Assembly (NCBI GenBank): GCA_038046605.1
Contig: JBBSVW010000057.1
Location: 1 to 10,972, forward strand
Direction: 5' to 3'
Length of the DNA stretch: 10,972 nucleotides
DNA from: Candidatus Micrarchaeota archaeon
GTDB lineage: Archaea; Micrarchaeota; Micrarchaeia; Norongarragalinales; SBBD01
Shown here piece by piece: positions 7,463 to 10,972 of this stretch. The first letter of the stretch is position 1, and each line of letters starts with the position of its first letter. Under the pieces are notes generated by a model, which was given only the letters and a program-made list of their open reading frames with translations, was not told the DNA's origin and ran no database searches. Made by a program: the position numbers and the translations under genes.

Positions 7463-8254
7463 TTATCCTCCCCTAATTTCCTTCATCCTTATTTCCATAT
7501 CCGCTTTTAGCTTTTCTGCAATGAAGTTGTGGGAATAGTAATCGGCCTTTGCCGCAATTGTCAGTTTCGTTGAAAGTGCGCGCGCCATCCTGCCGCGCTG
7601 GTTTAGGGGGGCGGTTCCCACCATTGGCGATTGGAATATTACACCGTGCTTTGGCGGGCGGGTGCCGGAACGCAAATGCTTAAAGAGCGCTTTTTCCGCT
7701 CCAATCACTTGAATAGTGCTTGCAGGCATCTTTGCCATGTTCTCAAGGGAGCCTGCGGTTGAAATTAGGCGCGCTGCCAGCACGGGATCTGTCAGGTAGG
7801 TAATGTTTGGAAGGGTCTTTTGCGCTTCAATCCCAATATAGGCCTCGATATCCTTCCTAAGGAGGAATAATTCGTGGAGCCGCCTTGCAAATTGCATTAT
7901 TACCTTTGCATCATTTTCATCAAATGGCGCGCCCATGGATCCATCCACCTGCGAATGGATTGCATCTCCCCTCTCGGCGCCCAGAATTTCTTCAAGCTCC
8001 TTTTTGGCAAGCGATTCCTTGGAGCCGGCTTTGGAAAGAAGTTTCAGGAAAAGCTCGTCCCCGGCAACGGAGAGCTCGGGGAAATTTATCCTATACCATT
8101 CGGTCAGCCGCTCAAGCAGGAGCGATTTTGCCTTGTCAATATCATCAAGAGTGCGGATGGCTTGAATCAGGAGCAAATCCTTGCGGGTAAGCTCCCCCCT
8201 CACCTTTGCCTTTGCCTTCCGAATTATTTCCTCGCGCCGGATAATTGAAGCCAT
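7463..8254 (-). CDS. nop5: Box C/D sRNP core protein Nop5 (Nop56/58), lacking the N-terminal domain
   Basis: IQAIRTLDDIDK, ERLTEWY..NFPEL, LPNITYL, MPASTIQVIGAEKALF, PPKHGVIFQ and RGRMARALSTKLTIAAKADY identify the coiled-coil plus Nop domain. Confidence 0.93.
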   Translation of the reverse strand: MASIIRREEIIRKAKAKVRGELTRKDLLLIQAIRTLDDIDKAKSLLLERLTEWYRINFPELSVAGDELFLKLLSKAGSKESLAKKELEEILGAERGDAIHSQVDGSMGAPFDENDAKVIMQFARRLHELFLLRKDIEAYIGIEAQKTLPNITYLTDPVLAARLISTAGSLENMAKMPASTIQVIGAEKALFKHLRSGTRPPKHGVIFQSPMVGTAPLNQRGRMARALSTKLTIAAKADYYSHNFIAEKLKADMEIRMKEIRGG

Positions 8255-8431
8255 ATGGATCGCCCAAACCTTTAATCAGATTATCGGAATAGTATGCAAT
8301 CAAACGAATAAAAAGGCAGCGATGCGACCCAAAAAAAGGATATGCGGATTGTTAGAAAAAAAGAGTTCCGGACAAATAATAAAGGAGTGTAAAATCCTTA
8401 AAAATCATCCATTCAATTGGTGGCAATTTTC

Positions 8432-9730
8432 TCATATGAAATTCAAAACATGCTCACAAATGTACTTTGTAATCTTGCCGGTTTTGTCCTTTTCCTTCCT
8501 GACAACCATGCTTACGCGCTTATCTTTTATGTACTCTTCCTTTAGTTTGATTGCCAAATCAAGGGGAATGGCCGGAACGCCCCTTAGCTGCAATATTTCA
8601 AGCGCCTGCCTTCCTAAAAATTCCACGGGGACGTTTATCTCATCGCGTATGTCGGCAATGACAAACAGCGTGCGTTCATCGGATATGCCAGAATGGCCAA
8701 CCAATTCCCCAGGGCGGTTCCCAGAAAGGCGGCCATTACTTTGCGGATTTCCTATCCGCAATTCCACCTTGCTGATTTTGCCAAAGTAGGCTTTCACAAT
8801 TCCCCGAGTTCCAGCCTTCATGTCCAGAAGGCGCACCTGGGGCAGGGTATCTTTTAGCATCTCATCCTCTTCCATGAGATTATGGGTTTTTGGGGAGATG
8901 ATTAGGTTAGATGCCCAATTAAGGTGCAGTTCAAGGCCGCCCCCCGTTTTTTTGGCAAGCGCGTTTTCCGCCTTGATTGCAATTCCAGGGCGCAAAAGCC
9001 TCGATCCGTTTTCCGCATGGTAGTCCCATAGGACAATGGGGATTTGCCCGCCATCGCCATCTGCAATAAGCAGGTTTAGGACTTTTCCCATCCGTTTTTC
9101 CTTTGCAAACTCACGCAAATGCGAAATCTGCAGGATGCGGCCGAAAATATCCACCATTTGCCCGTCGGATAGGTCCTTGATTTTTGCAAGCTTTGATGGA
9201 ATTTGCGCAATAGGCCTGTAATAAATGCTTCCGATGAATTCCATTTGTTTTTGCTGCAAAATTTCGGTTGTCAAAGAGGAGTGGATTTCAAGGGGATTAT
9301 AGCTTTTTACCTGGCCGGATTTTATCACCAGCACATCATCACGTTCAAGGCCTACTCGCTCAAGCCAACGCACGTCCTCGTCCCACAAAACAAGGAGCGC
9401 CTTCCCGGAATTATCCGCAATCTCCACATTGCAAACCTTCCCTTTCCTTGCCGCCGTCTCGAAATCCTTGGGGGAATTGACATTCATCACGCGCACAATC
9501 GCATTGGCTTCAATTGGCTTTGAAAGCATTATGTCCGCCAAATTCAGGAATTGGGTATCATCGGGTTCATTAAGCGCAATTCCAAGCTCCTTTGCAATAA
9601 GGCGGGCGGCGGAATTGGAATCTATCAGCCCCTGGAATTCGGCCTTTTTTAGCTCTATATTGTGGAGCACCTCCTCTTCGGGAAGGAGGGTTTTTTCCAT
9701 TATCCTATCTAAAAGGAATTTGAATTCCAT
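8432..9730 (-). CDS. rpa: Replication protein A (archaeal ssDNA-binding protein, multi-OB-fold)
   Basis: N-terminal EFQGLIDSNSAARLIAKELGI domain. OB folds RKGKVCNVEIADNSGKALLVLWD and GKVLNLLIADGDGGQIPIVLWD, plus a third C-terminal OB-like region (IRDEINVPVEFLGRQALEIL). Confidence 0.85.
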   Translation of the reverse strand: MEFKFLLDRIMEKTLLPEEEVLHNIELKKAEFQGLIDSNSAARLIAKELGIALNEPDDTQFLNLADIMLSKPIEANAIVRVMNVNSPKDFETAARKGKVCNVEIADNSGKALLVLWDEDVRWLERVGLERDDVLVIKSGQVKSYNPLEIHSSLTTEILQQKQMEFIGSIYYRPIAQIPSKLAKIKDLSDGQMVDIFGRILQISHLREFAKEKRMGKVLNLLIADGDGGQIPIVLWDYHAENGSRLLRPGIAIKAENALAKKTGGGLELHLNWASNLIISPKTHNLMEEDEMLKDTLPQVRLLDMKAGTRGIVKAYFGKISKVELRIGNPQSNGRLSGNRPGELVGHSGISDERTLFVIADIRDEINVPVEFLGRQALEILQLRGVPAIPLDLAIKLKEEYIKDKRVSMVVRKEKDKTGKITKYICEHVLNFI

Positions 9731-9931
9731 ATCAATCTAACCAATGCAAAGGGGAATTGCGGGCATTTTAAGGCAAATTGGAAACACCCTAAATGGCAAC
9801 AACAACATCTAGCTTGCCCATTTCAGATTTCCATTTCAAGCCAAATCCATCAAGGCAATATGAATGCATGCCAATATTATTATTGGCGGATAGCCTTTTT
9901 ATTCTTGGGCAGCCAAATATTGCTCCTAAAC

Positions 9932-10094
9932 GGGGATGTGGGCCAACCTGGTAAGCCTTTCTTTCTTAGGAAGAAAGAAATCCTTGGGAAAGAAAGAACA
10001 TTTTCCAGAATGCTGGCAGCTTCGGGACCTAAATTCCAATGAGGAATGCGGGCGGGAAAAGCTGCTGATCCGAGTTCAAATCTCGGCATCCCCA
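9932..10094 (+). tRNA. tRNA-Pro(CGG) with two introns: 9954-10010 (position 21/22, 57 nt) and 10027-10059 (position 37/38, 33 nt)
   Basis: Exons 9932-9953, 10011-10026 and 10060-10094 join to a 73-nt cloverleaf. Acceptor GGGGATG/CATCCCC plus discriminator A; D-arm GGC..CCTGGTA|TGCT; anticodon arm GCAGC-TTCGGG|A-GCTGC; T-arm CCGAG-TTCAAAT-CTCGG. Intron 1 has a BHB-type central helix CTGG/CCAG with TA|A and AA|T bulges. CCA is not encoded. Confidence 0.92.
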
Positions 10095-10451
10095 TGGCTG
10101 CGACGGGGGAACCAAGGTTCCCCCTTGACCAGCCTGGTCGTTCCCCTTCCTAATTGTGATTCGCAAATCAAATCCGCTTTCTTTGGCGGCGCCACCGCCT
10201 TTCTTTCTGGAAAGAAAGGCAAGGCGTTCCAAATCTCGGCATCCCCATCTTTTCGTCGGGGGGCACATCCCCCCTTGAAAAAAGTTTTCGCTCCCCCCTT
10301 AATTACTTCTGCGAATCAGTTAAGTTTTTATTTCCAGCGGCGCCACCGCCGCTTTCTTTTGCAGGAAACCGGGCAGACAAAGTCTGCGCGGCCCCAAAGA
10401 CCAAAGGTCTTTGCGGAAGAAAGGGGCAAGGCGAGTGCTCGTTCCCCCCCC
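10077..10451 (+). repeat. Degenerate tandem repeat (~150-153 bp period) whose units start with the tRNA-Pro 3' end
   Basis: Exact 19-bp CAAATCTCGGCATCCCCAT at 10077-10095 and 10230-10248. GCGGCGCCACCGCC at 10186-10199 and 10337-10350. GGCAAGGCG at 10218-10226 and 10425-10433. CG(A/T)CGGGGG...CCCCCTTGA in both units. Confidence 0.8.
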
Positions 10452-10662
10452 TGGTTTGCCGCCTTACCCAGGTCTAATTTGCCCAATTAATTAATCATAT
10501 TTTTCCCCTTCCACGTCTCACCGCCATCCCCTTTAATTACTTTGCATTTTGCATTGCCAAATCCCGGCCCCATGCATCAAACTATTGCTAAATTTTAGTA
10601 ACTACCGATGAGTTGATATTATCAAAAGCTCAGTAATATTGTGGAAAAAAACTAAATACCAT

Positions 10663-10677
10663 CGAAAGATTTATATA
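10663..10677 (+). promoter_or_regulatory. BRE-TATA archaeal promoter for the downstream secreted-protein gene
   Basis: CGAAAG-A-TTTATATA is a near-consensus BRE plus TATA, about 90 nt upstream of ATG 10767. Confidence 0.6.
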
Positions 10678-10766
10678 CTAGGTTGCTTTTTAACATTTAA
10701 TTATTTTTTTCCGCGGAATCCACATTTTTACTGCGGCTTTATTACCCACCAAAAAAACAGAGCGTG

Positions 10767-10972
10767 ATGCAGATGAGAAGTAGTTACTTGTGGCTGGCAG
10801 GCTTAGCTGTAATTGTTCTTTTGATTCAATTCGCCCAATCCGCCCTAATCGTTACAGATAACCTGGGCGTAGCCACCCCATCCCAGAATGGCACCTCCTT
10901 TGACCTAAATGTTACATCCAGGATGCAGCAGTATGTGGGTTATTTTGGGAATGTGGTCACGATGGTTAGGCT
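10767..10972 (+). CDS. Secreted/cell-surface protein, N-terminal part (truncated by right edge)
   Basis: Hand translation MQMRSSYLWLAGLAVIVLLIQFAQSA-LIVTDNLGVATPSQNGTSFDLNVTSRMQQYVGYFGNVVTMVR shows a Sec signal peptide and N-glycosylation sequons NGT and NVT. Open to the window end. Alternative start at 10773. Confidence 0.75.
   Translation, partial: MQMRSSYLWLAGLAVIVLLIQFAQSALIVTDNLGVATPSQNGTSFDLNVTSRMQQYVGYFGNVVTMVR

Noticed and set aside
8181-8789. 202-aa plus-strand ORF, and other antisense ORFs such as 5369..5854, 6891..7265 and 7874..8248
   Set aside because: Antisense to well-supported genes, with no recognisable motifs.
10077-10451. CRISPR array
   Set aside because: Only two exact 19-bp repeats, about 134 bp apart and identical to the tRNA end. 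The intervening sequences are homologous to each other and no cas genes are present.
9860-10490. ORFs 9860..10042, 9880..10095, 9936..10490 and 10029..10268
   Set aside because: They overlie the tRNA and hairpin repeats and have no protein-like features.
10095-10972. Integrated provirus or genomic island at tRNA-Pro
   Set aside because: The att-like duplication encloses only ~134 bp and no integrase is visible. A larger element extending beyond the window cannot be excluded.

Overview
Archaeal chromosomal window, probably from a DPANN lineage such as Micrarchaeota. That assignment is an inference from gene content, TATA/GGTGA signals and a multi-intron tRNA. Left to right: a thiamine ABC transporter (thiP, cut by the left edge, and thiB) preceded by an APH/choline-kinase-family phosphotransferase (candidate thiamine kinase); a translin/C3PO-family protein; UMP kinase pyrH; an orphan protein with an internal two-fold repeat; a pilin-like protein; a membrane-anchored GATase-like-fold protein; a ~145-nt highly structured intergenic element; a DUF460 protein lacking a canonical start codon; an N-terminally short Nop5; RPA; tRNA-Pro(CGG) with two introns (21/22 and 37/38); degenerate ~150-bp repeats that begin with the tRNA 3' end; and the start of a secreted protein. 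The most unusual signal is non-coding. A family of nested hairpin modules is shared among the tRNA-linked repeats, the non-canonical tRNA intron and the intergenic element at 6.7-6.9 kb, with compensatory base changes. This suggests a structured, possibly mobile RNA/DNA element linked to tRNA intron origin (inference).
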